Source: Bacillota bacterium (GTDB taxonomy: Bacteria; Bacillota; Clostridia; Caldicoprobacterales; Xylanivirgaceae). From it: a DNA stretch of 64,000 nt. Under the pieces are notes generated by a model. The model saw nothing but the letters and a program-made list of their open reading frames with translations. It had not been told where the DNA came from and searched no databases. The translations under genes were made by a program, and so were the position numbers. Shown here one piece after another: positions 22,001-34,173 of this stretch; position 1 is the stretch's first letter; each line of letters starts with the position of its first letter. Location of the stretch: NCBI GenBank assembly GCA_023621995.1, contig JAMOAB010000031.1, positions 11,951-75,950 of the forward strand, read 5' to 3'.

Positions 22001-23103
22001 TAAGCCTTTTATGGTTTATTGTAATAACATTTATAGTGGCTGTCATACAGTCATCTATATATAGAAGATGGGGATTGTCGAAAGTAGAGTATACGCGCTA
22101 TTTTAATAAGAGGGCGGTATTTGAAGGGGATTTTGTTGAGATGATAGAATCAATACAGAACAAGAAATTTTTGCCCCTCCCATGGCTCAGAATAGAATCG
22201 AAGATTGATGCTAACTTAGAATTTCAGAGACAGTCAAACCTTGATATAAAGCATGAACAATTTCACAAAAGTCTATTTAGTCTTATGCCCTATACGGGCA
22301 TAAAAAGAAGACATAAGATAAGATGTAGGAAGAGGGATTTTTATACTTTAAACTCTGCTGCCTTAACATGTGGTGAGTTATTTGGAATACAGGACACGTC
22401 GAAGACAATGGAAATTGATGCTAAGTTAATCGTATATCCAAAAATTCTTCCAATAGATGAGGTGCCCCTTCCATCCCATAGTTTACAGGGCGATGTAGTA
22501 GTAAGACGTTGGATAGTGGATGATCCATTTATAATATCAGGGGTTAGGGAATATTCGTATGGTGATCCCCTAAACAGGATCAATTGGAAAGCAACAGCAA
22601 GAGTGGGCAGGCTACAGGTACATAACAATGATTATACCGCCCAACCCCGTATTTTAATATATTTAAACGTAGATATATCTGAGGATATGTGGGACGCAGT
22701 GACTGATAAGGAGCGAATAGAGAAGGGAATAAGTTATGCTGCTTCTATAGCAAATTATGCAATCTCTATGGGTATAGATGTGGGATTTGGCTCCAACGCA
22801 TATATAAAAGGTGGAGAGATTGAACCAATTTTAATAGAGCCTGCTGGTGGGCAAAAGCAACTTTTATACCTATTAGAGATAATGGCAAAACTTGAGATTA
22901 TGAGGAGTACTACATTTTATACATTTCTAGAGAGGGATATTCAAAGAGGTATTACAGGATATGATATTCTCATACTCACTTGTTTTACTAGTGAGCGGCT
23001 CGAAGCCCAAGCAAATATATTGAGGGAAAATGGCAATAGTGTTCAAATAATGATACTTGATAAAGATGGAGATCTAGAGGAGGCATATCCATGGGCAAGA
23101 TGA
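21997..23103 (+). CDS. DUF58 domain protein (MoxR-associated)
   Basis: 368 aa with an N-terminal TM. VREYSYGDPLNRINWKATAR is the DUF58 hallmark. It overlaps the moxR stop by 4 nt. Confidence 0.85.
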   Translation: MISLLWFIVITFIVAVIQSSIYRRWGLSKVEYTRYFNKRAVFEGDFVEMIESIQNKKFLPLPWLRIESKIDANLEFQRQSNLDIKHEQFHKSLFSLMPYTGIKRRHKIRCRKRDFYTLNSAALTCGELFGIQDTSKTMEIDAKLIVYPKILPIDEVPLPSHSLQGDVVVRRWIVDDPFIISGVREYSYGDPLNRINWKATARVGRLQVHNNDYTAQPRILIYLNVDISEDMWDAVTDKERIEKGISYAASIANYAISMGIDVGFGSNAYIKGGEIEPILIEPAGGQKQLLYLLEIMAKLEIMRSTTFYTFLERDIQRGITGYDILILTCFTSERLEAQANILRENGNSVQIMILDKDGDLEEAYPWAR

Positions 23104-24404
23104 AATTGGCATTTAAAAGGTCTATACAAGGACTCCTAGAGTTTCTTGTATTTTTCCCTATTCTATTAGGTGCTGCAATATATATAGGGCCACATATAAA
23201 AATGGAGATGTTTTTCTTATATTTATATCTACTATGTCTGGGGGGTACTTTTGTACGAGGAGTTTTTGGTATAAAGAATAGATGGCTAGAGCTCTTATTT
23301 GGTATGGGTTTTCTCTTCGTATTATCTTATATAAGTAAGCTTTCAGGGTTAAAAGCGATTGTATTTTTTATAGTTGGAATTGTCTGGTATTCTAGAGGCA
23401 TATTATATATGGAGGCAGACTGGGAGGAGATATTTCCCAGGCAAATGTGGTGGATTGCACTTGTAATCTACATGTTAGGGGTATTTGTATATAGCCGTGT
23501 TTTAATTGTTACAGACTATCTCCCCTATATTATAGGTTGTGGATTTGTACAAGTAATTATAAGTCTATATGTATTAAATACAAGGCAGTTGGGCGATGCC
23601 ACGTTGGTTAGGGACAAAAAGCCAATTGTGTCCTCATCTATAAGGCGACAAAATAATATACTTCTTATAATAACTATTTTGATAATTCTCATAATAGCAT
23701 CCTTCAATACAATAAAGGATTTTATAAAGCTGACAATTAAACAGTTATTTACTTGGATAGTGAACATACTCATGAAAATAGCTTCACTATCGGATACTGA
23801 AGGTATGACAGATAAATCATCAGGAGGGACACCAGAACTTCCATTTACAGACGAGGTAGTGCCTCCAAATCCAATTGTAGAGCTGATACTTAGAATATTA
23901 GGTATAATACTTACAACTGTTGGAATTATAGTACTTTTATATATAATATACAAGGGAATAAAAAAACTAGTTTCTATTATATCTTTGTGGATTAAAAACC
24001 TTCTAAGGGAGGAAGAGTTATACGAAGATAGCTATGGATATATAGATGAGAAAGAGCGCCTTATTGATATTAAGAAAGTGAAGGAAGACTATACAGATAG
24101 ACTTAAATCATGGTTAGAAAAAATCATGGCAAGAGAACAAGAATGGAAAGCTCTAAAGACTAATAGGGAGAAGGTAAGGTATATATATAAGAGTATTATG
24201 TTTAAATATCTGCAAGGGGGATATGGATACAAGGGTTATATGACACCGATTGAGATCGAAGAAGACATAAGGGCTTGGAACGACGGAACTGAAGATAAAG
24301 TTCTGAAACAGGTAATACCTGTATATAATAGGGCGAGATATGGTTGTGAACGTATAGATGACAATGAAGTGGATAGGTTATATAAATTACATATAGATAG
24401 CTAG
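23091..24404 (+). CDS. Polytopic membrane protein with C-terminal DUF4129-like domain
   Basis: 437 aa, six or more TM helices. The C-terminal YIYKSIMFKYL...TPIEIEEDI...VIPVYNRARYG resembles DUF4129. It overlaps the DUF58 gene, so it is the third gene of the MoxR operon. Confidence 0.6.
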   Translation: MGKMKLAFKRSIQGLLEFLVFFPILLGAAIYIGPHIKMEMFFLYLYLLCLGGTFVRGVFGIKNRWLELLFGMGFLFVLSYISKLSGLKAIVFFIVGIVWYSRGILYMEADWEEIFPRQMWWIALVIYMLGVFVYSRVLIVTDYLPYIIGCGFVQVIISLYVLNTRQLGDATLVRDKKPIVSSSIRRQNNILLIITILIILIIASFNTIKDFIKLTIKQLFTWIVNILMKIASLSDTEGMTDKSSGGTPELPFTDEVVPPNPIVELILRILGIILTTVGIIVLLYIIYKGIKKLVSIISLWIKNLLREEELYEDSYGYIDEKERLIDIKKVKEDYTDRLKSWLEKIMAREQEWKALKTNREKVRYIYKSIMFKYLQGGYGYKGYMTPIEIEEDIRAWNDGTEDKVLKQVIPVYNRARYGCERIDDNEVDRLYKLHIDS

Positions 24405-24417
24405 AGGGGGATTGTAT

Positions 24418-25908
24418 ATGGGAAAATATATAATAACTATTGACCAAGGGACTACTAGCTGCCGTGCCTTTGTATATGACGAGCATGGTAATTGTCTGGG
24501 AGGTAGGGGAAAAGAATTTAGACAGATCTATCCAAAACCTGGCTGGGTAGAGCATGATCCAGTAGAGATATTAAATGCGCAGATATGGGCTATAGACAAG
24601 ATAATAGAGGATTATAATATAGATGTTTCTGAGGTTGCCTGTATTGGTATAACAAATCAACGGGAGACAGTAGTCATTTGGGATAGGGATACGGGACATC
24701 CAATCTATAATGCAATAGTATGGCAATGTAGGAGGACAGCTGATATATGTGAGTCCCTTGTTGAGAATGGATATGAAAAAACTATAAGAAATAAGACTGG
24801 TCTGGTGGTGGATGCCTATTTTTCTGCATCTAAGATGAGTTGGATATTAGATAATGTAGAGGGGGCTAGAGAGAAGGCAGAACAGGGAAAACTTCTAGCA
24901 GGAACTATGGATAGCTGGCTTATATGGAATCTTACCAAAGGGGGGTCACACCTTACCGACTATACAAATGCCAGTAGAACCATGCTATTTAATATTGACA
25001 CACTGTGTTGGGATAAAGACCTATTAGAGCTATTTGATATACCCTATTCCATACTCCCTAGAGTACAAGATTCAGCAGGTTTTTTTGGTAACGTCCATAA
25101 GGAGTATTTTGGGGAAGAGATACCAATAACAGGTGTGGCAGGAGATCAGCAATCTGCTCTTTTTGGGCAACTATGTTTTGACAGGGGTATGGCAAAGAAC
25201 ACATACGGAACTGGTTGCTTTTTACTTATGAATACAGGTGATAGACGGATTGAATCAAAAAATCGCTTGATTACCACAATAGCATGGGGATTGGATGGAC
25301 ATATAACTTATGCCCTTGAGGGTAGTGTATTTGTTGCCGGAGCAGCAATTCAATGGCTACGAGATGGAATAGGTATACTTGGGAATGCGGCACAGAGTGA
25401 AGAGCTGGCCATGGCAGTAGAAGATACAGGTGGTGTATATGTAGTACCGGCCTTCACAGGTCTTGGTGCACCATATTGGGATATGCATGCAAGAGGCACC
25501 ATAGTTGGCATATCAAGGGGAACAAATAGGAACCATATAGTTAGGGCTACCCTAGAATCACTTGCATATCAGACAAGGGATGTGCTTGAGGCCATGCAGG
25601 CAGATTCAGGCATATATTTAACTGAGCTTAGGGTAGATGGAGGTGCCAGTGCAAATAACTTTCTTATGCAGTTTCAATCTGACATATTAGATGTACCCGT
25701 AACAAGGCCAAAGAATATAGAAACTACTGCCCAAGGAGTTGCCTATTTATCGGGTATAGGGGCTGGACTGTGGAAAGATAAGGTGGAGATTGAAAAGAGT
25801 TGGAAAGAGGATCGGATATTTTATCCCTCTATGGATGGGGATGAACGCTCTCATAAATATTATAATTGGAAGAGGGCTGTTAAGAGAAGTACACGATGGA
25901 GTGGATAG
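24418..25908 (+). CDS. glpK: Glycerol kinase
   Basis: YIITIDQGTTSCRAFVYD..., GITNQRETVVIWD, and FGAGDQQSALFGQ-like motifs. The ATG at 24418 follows AGAGGGGG. Confidence 0.95.
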   Translation: MGKYIITIDQGTTSCRAFVYDEHGNCLGGRGKEFRQIYPKPGWVEHDPVEILNAQIWAIDKIIEDYNIDVSEVACIGITNQRETVVIWDRDTGHPIYNAIVWQCRRTADICESLVENGYEKTIRNKTGLVVDAYFSASKMSWILDNVEGAREKAEQGKLLAGTMDSWLIWNLTKGGSHLTDYTNASRTMLFNIDTLCWDKDLLELFDIPYSILPRVQDSAGFFGNVHKEYFGEEIPITGVAGDQQSALFGQLCFDRGMAKNTYGTGCFLLMNTGDRRIESKNRLITTIAWGLDGHITYALEGSVFVAGAAIQWLRDGIGILGNAAQSEELAMAVEDTGGVYVVPAFTGLGAPYWDMHARGTIVGISRGTNRNHIVRATLESLAYQTRDVLEAMQADSGIYLTELRVDGGASANNFLMQFQSDILDVPVTRPKNIETTAQGVAYLSGIGAGLWKDKVEIEKSWKEDRIFYPSMDGDERSHKYYNWKRAVKRSTRWSG

Positions 25909-26013
25909 ATATTTTTGTAAATAAGAAGGTAGGATTTACAAGATAAATATCATATTGCTATGTTGCTATGGACAAAATTTTTATGATATAATATATAAGG
26001 TTTGTATCTCTTT

Positions 26014-26058
26014 AAAAAGCGTTCCAAACCACTTGATTTTGGTTGGTTACGCTTTTTT
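26014..26058 (+). terminator. Probable terminator after glpK
   Basis: Imperfect hairpin AAAAAGCGTTCCAAACC...GGTTGGTTACGCTTTTTT with a T-run. Confidence 0.4.
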
Positions 26059-26113
26059 GCTTGTAGATGTAAAAATAAGCTGTTTTAAAATAGCCCTGGA
26101 GGTGTATTTATAT

Positions 26114-26824
26114 ATGAAACCGGTTATTGGTATAACTTGTGACTATGATCATGTCTCTCATGCTAGTATAGTTCATGAAGGTTACCACAGAGCAATATCT
26201 ATATTTGGCGGTTTACCAATATTGCTTCCTGGTAATAATAATAAAAATGATATCATCCAGCTATTGGAGATAGTAGATGGGATTTTAATAATTGGTGGTA
26301 ATGACGTAGATCCATCTTTTTTTGGAGAGCCACCCCATAGGAAGCTAGGTAAGGTAAACCCCTATAGAGATGAATTTGAATTGGAATTGGTGCGACAGGC
26401 TATAGAAAAAGAAAAGGCCATATTAGGGATATGTAGAGGGTTACAGGTAATAAATGTGGCAATGGGGGGCACTCTATATCAAGATATTGAAAGCCAACTA
26501 TCGAATACACCTATATGCCATAGACAAAAAGCTCCTACTTGGTACCCTATACATAGTGTTGAAATGGTTAAGGGGAGCAAATTATCAAAGATCGTTGGCA
26601 TAGATGATATAAGGGTCAACAGTTTTCATCATCAGGCAGTTAAGGATATTGCACCTGGTTTCAATGTTGCAGGTTATGCACCTGATGGAATTATTGAAGC
26701 AATTGAAATGAAAGATCATCCTTTTGTACTAGGTTTGCAGTGGCATCCAGAAAGAATGGTAGGTAAATATAGTCACGGAGATATGATATTTAAAAATTTT
26801 ATAGATACAATAAAAAATATATAA
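26114..26824 (+). CDS. Class-I glutamine amidotransferase / gamma-glutamyl-GABA hydrolase-like (peptidase C26)
   Basis: MKPVIGITCDYD..., GICRGLQVINVAMGG (nucleophile Cys), and LGLQWHPE. The ATG at 26114 follows CTGGAGGTG. The track start 25955 lies in an AT-rich leader. Confidence 0.85.
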   Translation: MKPVIGITCDYDHVSHASIVHEGYHRAISIFGGLPILLPGNNNKNDIIQLLEIVDGILIIGGNDVDPSFFGEPPHRKLGKVNPYRDEFELELVRQAIEKEKAILGICRGLQVINVAMGGTLYQDIESQLSNTPICHRQKAPTWYPIHSVEMVKGSKLSKIVGIDDIRVNSFHHQAVKDIAPGFNVAGYAPDGIIEAIEMKDHPFVLGLQWHPERMVGKYSHGDMIFKNFIDTIKNI

Positions 26825-26921
26825 ATATTGAAACTTTTCAGCATATTTCTAGTCTATATATATAAAGGACTAAAGTTGTATTTAGACCAAGAGTAACTTT
26901 ATTATAAAAAGGGGTGTGGCT

Positions 26922-27320
26922 ATGAAAAAGAACAAAGATATAGCATTGATAAGGGTATATATCATAGTTATATGTATAATGCGTACACTCTTCTTACTGT
27001 TGGCAGCAACCAACGGATTCAATATATATTTTCCTAGAATACATGCTGATTACAATCTTGTGTTGTCTACTATAGTACTTATAATATTTTGGCTTATAGC
27101 AATATTTTTTGAATCAGTAAATCCCACCATAATATGGATTGCATTTTTGTTAGATGGATTTATGTCATATTTTTGTGGTATGGGCATATACAGAGAATAT
27201 AGAACTATAAACATATATGAAGCCCTCTGTTTTGGTAATGTGGCATTCATTATAATCGACATTTTATTCATAGTATATTTAATAGACAGACAATATGGGG
27301 AGAAAGATATGGGAAACTAA
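26922..27320 (+). CDS. Small integral membrane protein, unknown function
   Basis: About 132 aa with 4 predicted TM helices. An RBS-like AAAGGGGTG lies upstream. Confidence 0.5.
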   Translation: MKKNKDIALIRVYIIVICIMRTLFLLLAATNGFNIYFPRIHADYNLVLSTIVLIIFWLIAIFFESVNPTIIWIAFLLDGFMSYFCGMGIYREYRTINIYEALCFGNVAFIIIDILFIVYLIDRQYGEKDMGN

Positions 27321-27383
27321 AGATGAGATAAAACTCAACCCATAGAGGTCTTAAGTTGTATGGGAAAAGGGAGTGCTATTCAT

Positions 27384-28268
27384 ATGGAAAAAGTATGGAG
27401 GGGCATAAAATTGGGCTTTATAGAATGGATAGATACACTTACACCACAGCACTATGTCAAATTTATAGGCACTCTTATAAAAATTATTTTTATATTTGTA
27501 ATAGCTCGTGTTGTCATAAGAATAGGCAACGCCATAATTTCGAATTTTTTTAAAAGACGCCAAGAGACACGTTTTAGTTTAGATGTGAAGAAGGCAAATA
27601 CTATAAAAGCATTATCTAAGAGCATCTTAAAATATGTGGTATATTTTGTAGCCATTCTAGTTATATTGCCAGAGTTTGGAATCCGCACAGAATCCATAAT
27701 AGCTACTGCTGGAATAGGTGGACTGGCATTAGGCTTTGGTGCCCAAAGCTTAGTCAAAGATGTTATAAGTGGTTTCTTTATATTGTTTGAAGATCAATAT
27801 GCTGTAGGTGATTTTGTATCAATAGATAATATCACAGGAACGGTGGAAGAAATAGGTCTTAGAATTACTAAGATAAGGGGTTTTAAGGGAGATTTAAACA
27901 TAATCCCTAACGGTCAGGTAGAAAAGGTAACCAATTATACAAGGGGTAATGCCCTTGCCATAGTTGATGTGAATATTGCCTATAGATCAGATATTGAAAA
28001 GGCGACCCATGTGATGCAAAAAGTGGCAGATAGATATAAAAGTGAGAACGATGATATAGTGGAACCTCCCAACGTCTTAGGTGTTGTCAACTTTGCATCA
28101 AATGGAATAAATATAAGACTGGTTGCAAGGACACTCCCTATGAAACATTGGGGTGTAGAAAGGGAGCTTAGAAAGAGGATAAAACAAGCCTTTGACAACG
28201 AAGGAATAGAGCTTGCCAATACTCAAAAGATAGTTCTAGAATCGATGGAGGGGAGGGATGTATTATAA
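27384..28268 (+). CDS. Small-conductance mechanosensitive channel (MscS family)
   Basis: Three TMs, then GIGGLALGFGAQSLVKDVISGFFILFEDQYAVGDFV, the MscS pore/beta-domain signature. Confidence 0.9.
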   Translation: MEKVWRGIKLGFIEWIDTLTPQHYVKFIGTLIKIIFIFVIARVVIRIGNAIISNFFKRRQETRFSLDVKKANTIKALSKSILKYVVYFVAILVILPEFGIRTESIIATAGIGGLALGFGAQSLVKDVISGFFILFEDQYAVGDFVSIDNITGTVEEIGLRITKIRGFKGDLNIIPNGQVEKVTNYTRGNALAIVDVNIAYRSDIEKATHVMQKVADRYKSENDDIVEPPNVLGVVNFASNGINIRLVARTLPMKHWGVERELRKRIKQAFDNEGIELANTQKIVLESMEGRDVL

Positions 28269-28459
28269 TGGCTGTAAAATATTCTATAGGGGATGTGGTG
28301 CAGACCAAGAAGAAACATCCTTGTGGTAGTGATATATGGGAGATAATTCGTGTAGGAGCAGATTTTAAGATAAGATGTGAAGGCTGTGGTAGAATAGTCA
28401 TGCTAGACAGGGAGGCCTTCGAAAAGAGAGTAAAAAAAATAATAGATACTGAAAAATAA
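28268..28459 (+). CDS. DUF951 family small protein
   Basis: 63 aa. GDVVQTKKKHPCGSDIWEIIRVGADFKIRCEGCGRIVMLDR is typical of DUF951. Its TAATG overlaps the mscS stop. Confidence 0.75.
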   Translation: MAVKYSIGDVVQTKKKHPCGSDIWEIIRVGADFKIRCEGCGRIVMLDREAFEKRVKKIIDTEK

Positions 28460-28497
28460 GATCTTATAGATGAAGTAAGTGGAGGTAAAATAGAATA

Positions 28498-29106
28498 ATG
28501 GCTACATTCTTGCGCGTTTTTATAATGGCAATTATTGCGGCACTTATTGGATGGCTAACTAATCTTTTAGCGATAAAGATGATATTTAGACCCTTAAACC
28601 CAATAACGATTCCTATTCTAGGTTGGCAAATGCAAGGTATTATTCCTAAGAGGCGCTATGATATTGCAGTTAATATAGGGAAGACTGTGGAAGAAGAACT
28701 TATATCCATGGATGATGTATTTGATATGCTCATTCAAGGGGAGAATAGGGACAAGTTATTATCAAATATAAAAGTCAATATAAACCGAATAGTAGATGAA
28801 AAACTTCCATCAATAGTACCAAGCTTCATTAGAAATAATATACACAGTTATATTTCAAAGAGCATAGATGACGAGGCAGGTAAAATTATAGATGGTATTA
28901 TACATGATACTATAGATGAGACAATGTCTACAGTGAGTATAGCAAAAATGGTGGAAGATAAGATAAATAGTTTTGATCTTCTTACACTTGAGAATATGAT
29001 AATATCCATATCCCAACGAGAATTAAAGCATATAGAGATATTAGGTGGACTATTAGGGTTTGTAATAGGTCTAGTACAAGGAATACTTATGTTATTTATG
29101 CCCTAA
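28498..29106 (+). CDS. DUF445 family membrane protein
   Basis: 202 aa. GWLTNLLAIKMIFRPLNP near the N-terminus and a C-terminal TM are typical of DUF445/YheB-like proteins. Confidence 0.7.
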   Translation: MATFLRVFIMAIIAALIGWLTNLLAIKMIFRPLNPITIPILGWQMQGIIPKRRYDIAVNIGKTVEEELISMDDVFDMLIQGENRDKLLSNIKVNINRIVDEKLPSIVPSFIRNNIHSYISKSIDDEAGKIIDGIIHDTIDETMSTVSIAKMVEDKINSFDLLTLENMIISISQRELKHIEILGGLLGFVIGLVQGILMLFMP

Positions 29107-29147
29107 AAAAGCTCTCCCACTTTTTAAAAAGTGGGAGAGCTTTTTTT
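29105..29147. terminator. Bidirectional intrinsic terminator
   Basis: Perfect palindrome AAAAAAGCTCTCCCACTTTTT|AAAAAGTGGGAGAGCTTTTTT between convergent genes. Confidence 0.85.
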
Positions 29148-30177
29148 AATCTTCAAAAGGTAGGAATATGCGTTTGCCTTCTCTAGCCGATTTATATATG
29201 CCAAGGACAAGTTCAAGGGCACGTCTTCCTTCTTCACCATCTAGACAAAAAGGTCTGTCTTCCCTAATGGCTGAATAAAAATCTTGTATTTGAAGTACAT
29301 GACTAGTTCCCCAATAACTAGGTCCTATATCGATACCTTCAAAGGCCTCCTCTATTTCATACCTCTCTTCACCATCTATGTGGACCCACGCAGTATCTTG
29401 TATAAGCCCTACTTTACCTTTATCACCTACAATTTCTATCTGTATAGGTGCGTTTATAGGATAGGCATTACATGCATACAACTGATATAGACATCCATTT
29501 TTAAATTGAACAAGGGCTTCCGATGTGTCTTCAACATCTACTACTTTGTGGCTTCTATTGACCATGGTTCCCTCTATCCATTCAATATCTGAACCAACTA
29601 GCCATATTACCCTGTCTAAGCTGTGTATGGCTTGGTCTATTAAAACGCCGCCACCTTCTTTATCCCATGTACCCTTCCAGTCAGATTCTGCATAATAGCT
29701 GTCTGGTCTTGACCAAGATAGATATGATCTAGCACCTAAGAGATTACCTATCTTACCATCCTCTATCAATTTCTTAAGTTCTACGCAACCTCTTACATAT
29801 CTTGTTTGGAATATGACTCCAAGTTTTACACCATTTTTTTTACTAGTCTCTATCATCTCATCAGCATCTTTTAAAGATATGGCCATGGGCTTTTCAGTGA
29901 GCACATGATGCCCATGATTCATAAAATCGATTGCCATGGGAGCATGGAGGTAATGGGGAGTACCAAGGTGGGCAACATCTATATCACTGCCCAATATTTC
30001 CTTGTAATCGGTGAGGGCAATACAGCCATCAAAGTGACTGGCAAATTCTTCTGCCTTTTTCATATCGGTATCAACTGCGTATAATACTTCTACCTCATCA
30101 CTGAGCTTTTTAAAAGAGCCCTTATAGACCTCAGATATTCTGCCACACCCTATCATGGCGACCTTTAACTTACTCAT
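29146..30177 (-). CDS. Gfo/Idh/MocA family NAD(P)-dependent oxidoreductase
   Basis: KVAMIGCGRIS Rossmann N-terminus and the EKPMA motif. The ATG at 30177 follows GAGGTGA. Confidence 0.85.
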   Translation of the reverse strand: MSKLKVAMIGCGRISEVYKGSFKKLSDEVEVLYAVDTDMKKAEEFASHFDGCIALTDYKEILGSDIDVAHLGTPHYLHAPMAIDFMNHGHHVLTEKPMAISLKDADEMIETSKKNGVKLGVIFQTRYVRGCVELKKLIEDGKIGNLLGARSYLSWSRPDSYYAESDWKGTWDKEGGGVLIDQAIHSLDRVIWLVGSDIEWIEGTMVNRSHKVVDVEDTSEALVQFKNGCLYQLYACNAYPINAPIQIEIVGDKGKVGLIQDTAWVHIDGEERYEIEEAFEGIDIGPSYWGTSHVLQIQDFYSAIREDRPFCLDGEEGRRALELVLGIYKSAREGKRIFLPFED

Positions 30178-30505
30178 AATCCAATTCACCTCATTATAAT
30201 ATAAAGTAAAAATATTAATGTGCTTTTTTGACTGAAACCATTATAACATAAAAAGATAGACTAGTCTTTATTAATTTAGGCGGATAATTTAATATCTTTT
30301 GCTATGATTATATATTGTTAAGATGTAAGGGGTATATTTAACTTATAAATTACAAAAATGTAAATACTATAAAATCATAGGACATTTCTTTATATTGGCC
30401 AAGTGAGTTAAATGGGTGAACCTAAGATAGATGGAGATATTATACTGTTGTCCTATTCGTATTGCAATTTAGAGTGGTAAATTGCTAAAAAGTTAAAATT
30501 AGGTA

Positions 30506-30534
30506 TTGACAAAGTATAAATTGATTGCTAATAT
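30506..30534 (+). promoter_or_regulatory. Sigma-A promoter of the ilv-leu operon
   Basis: TTGACA (30506-30511), 17 nt, TAATAT (30529-30534). Confidence 0.55.
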
Positions 30535-30644
30535 ATATAGCAAATCATTTTCGCCAAAGAGACATGTACATTATGTATATAAGACCCGGCAGCAAGTTTT
30601 TCAACCATGGGGAGCTTGTTGTCGGGCATCATTATAACTATAAT

Positions 30645-30915
30645 AAATCCGATGACGGAGAGATAAGATCTGTCATATCATCTTCAGTGAGCCGGTGGTT
30701 AGTGGAAACCGGTGGATAGACAGATTGTATGCTCACTCCCAAGGTGCAAGCTTGAAAGGGAAAGCTCCAAGTAGGGCTTGACGGGTGGTCCCGTTACAGG
30801 CCAGGGTTTGATAGAACCTGATGAGGCCCTATGTCGTGAGGCATGGGTAAAGCTAGGTGGTAACACGAAAGATAACCTTTCGTCCTTGTAAATATTGAGG
30901 ACGAAAGGTTTTTTT
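30645..30915 (+). promoter_or_regulatory. T-box riboswitch leader (candidate Leu specifier CUC) with terminator
   Basis: Stem I has AGUGAG...CCGGU-GGUUAGUGGAA-ACCGG distal elements. Specifier loop: GGAG/AGAUAA/GAUCUGUC...GACAGAUU/GUAUG-CUC-A/CUCC, with CUC at 30732-30734. T-box sequence AAAGCUAGGUGGUAACACG is at 30849-30867. Terminator CCTTTCGTCC...GGACGAAAGG plus T7 is at 30876-30915. Confidence 0.85.
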
Positions 30916-30989
30916 ATACATTTCAACAAGATAATATTCTCAATATCTACACTGTTTTAAAAATTCTCCGCAAGGAGGGAGGTGGCATT

Positions 30990-32631
30990 ATGAAGATCAC
31001 GTGTGCTCAAGCTATTATTGAGGCTCTAAAACTCGAGGAAGTAGAGGTGATATTTGGCTACCCAGGAGGTGCAGTACTCCCCCTATATGATTCCCTCAGA
31101 TGTTCAGGAATAAGGCATGTGCTTGTGCGCCACGAACAGGCAGCAGCCCATGCTGCAAATGGCTACTCACGTAGTACAGGTAAGGTAGGAGTGTGCATAG
31201 CTACATCAGGGCCTGGAGCTACCAACTTGGTCACAGGAATAGCAACAGCCTATATGGATTCAATTCCAATGGTTGCAATAACTGGGCAAGTACCTGTAGA
31301 TATGATTGGCAGAGATGTGTTTCAAGAGGTAGATATAACAGGAGCAACTGAGCCGTTTACAAAGCATAACTATCTTGCAAAAAATGGTCAGGATATACCA
31401 CGTATTTTGAAAGAGGCATTTCACATAGCCAAGACAGGTAGGCCAGGTCCAGTGCTCATAGATATTCCTAAGGATGTACAAGAATCTCTAATAGACTTTG
31501 AGTATCCCAGCAAAGTAGACTTAAAGGGCTATAGACCCACATATAAGGGGCATCATAACCAGCTAAAGAGGGCAGCCCGTGCCATAGAAAAGAGTATGAG
31601 GCCTGTTATATGTGTAGGTGGTGGTGTTATATCAAGTGGTGCTACAGGCGAAGTTTTAGAGTTTGCCAATAGGATAAGGGCTCCAGTTGCAACTACACTT
31701 ATGGGTATAGGTGCCTATCCATCAAAGGATCCCCTATTTGTAGGTATGATTGGTCAATACGGCTCCCATGCTGCCAATAAAGCCATTGACGAGGCAGATC
31801 TTCTTATAGTATTAGGAGCGCGGATGGGAGATAGAGCAACAGGGAAACCAGAGGAGTTTGCTAAGGCAGCCAATATAGTCCATATTGATATTGATCCTGC
31901 CGAGATAGGGAAGAACATAAATACTAATATTCCAATAGTAGGCGACATAAAGACTACAGTGGGGGAGCTTTTAAACTTTGATATAGATAGGAAAGATTGG
32001 GCGTCATGGCTAGATACAGTAAAAGGATTTAAAGCTGAATCTTCCATAGAGGAATATTGGGGAGCAGGTTTAGATCCAGTTCATATAATAAGGGCACTAT
32101 CATCAAGGTGCGATGATGACACAATACTAGTAACTGACGTAGGCCAGCATCAACTGTGGGCAGGTAAATATTTTGGAATCAACACCCCAAGGACATTTCT
32201 CTCATCTGGGGGTTTAGGTACCATGGGATATGGACTGCCAGCAGCAATAGGGGCAAAGATAGGTAAAAAAGATAGGGAAGTTGTACTCATAACAGGGGAT
32301 GGAAGTTTTCAGATGAACATGGCAGAGCTTGCTACCATAAGCCAAGAGGGACTTGTAATAAAGATAATAATATTGAATAACAGTACTCTAGGTATGGTGA
32401 GAGAACTACAGGAGCACTACTACGATGGACGATATTATGGCGTGAGGATGACTGGTAACCCAGATTTTACAAAAATTGCAGAGGCCTACGGAATAGAGGC
32501 AATAAAAGTAGAGAAGAGGGGAGATATAGATTCAGCAATAGAGAAGATATTAGAATCGGACAGAGCAATAATAGGAGAATTTTTTATAGATCCTGATGCA
32601 AATGTAATACCAAATCCAGGGAGGTGGGATA

Positions 32632-32660
<29 letters not shown>
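30990..32660 (+). CDS. ilvB: Acetolactate synthase (acetohydroxy-acid synthase) large subunit
   Basis: 556 aa, ThDP enzyme, with GYPGGAVLPLYD, GPGATNLVTGIATAYMDSIPMV, and GGLGTMGYGLPAAIGAK...GDGSFQMN. Confidence 0.95.
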
Positions 32661-34159
<1,499 letters not shown>

Positions 34160-34173
34160 AAGGGAGGTATTAT

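Noticed and set aside
30525-30929. Track ORFs 30525..30719 (+) and 30699..30929 (-) upstream of ilvB
   Set aside because: They cover the T-box leader (Stem I, the T-box sequence and the terminator). The RNA structure explains the region and there is no SD.
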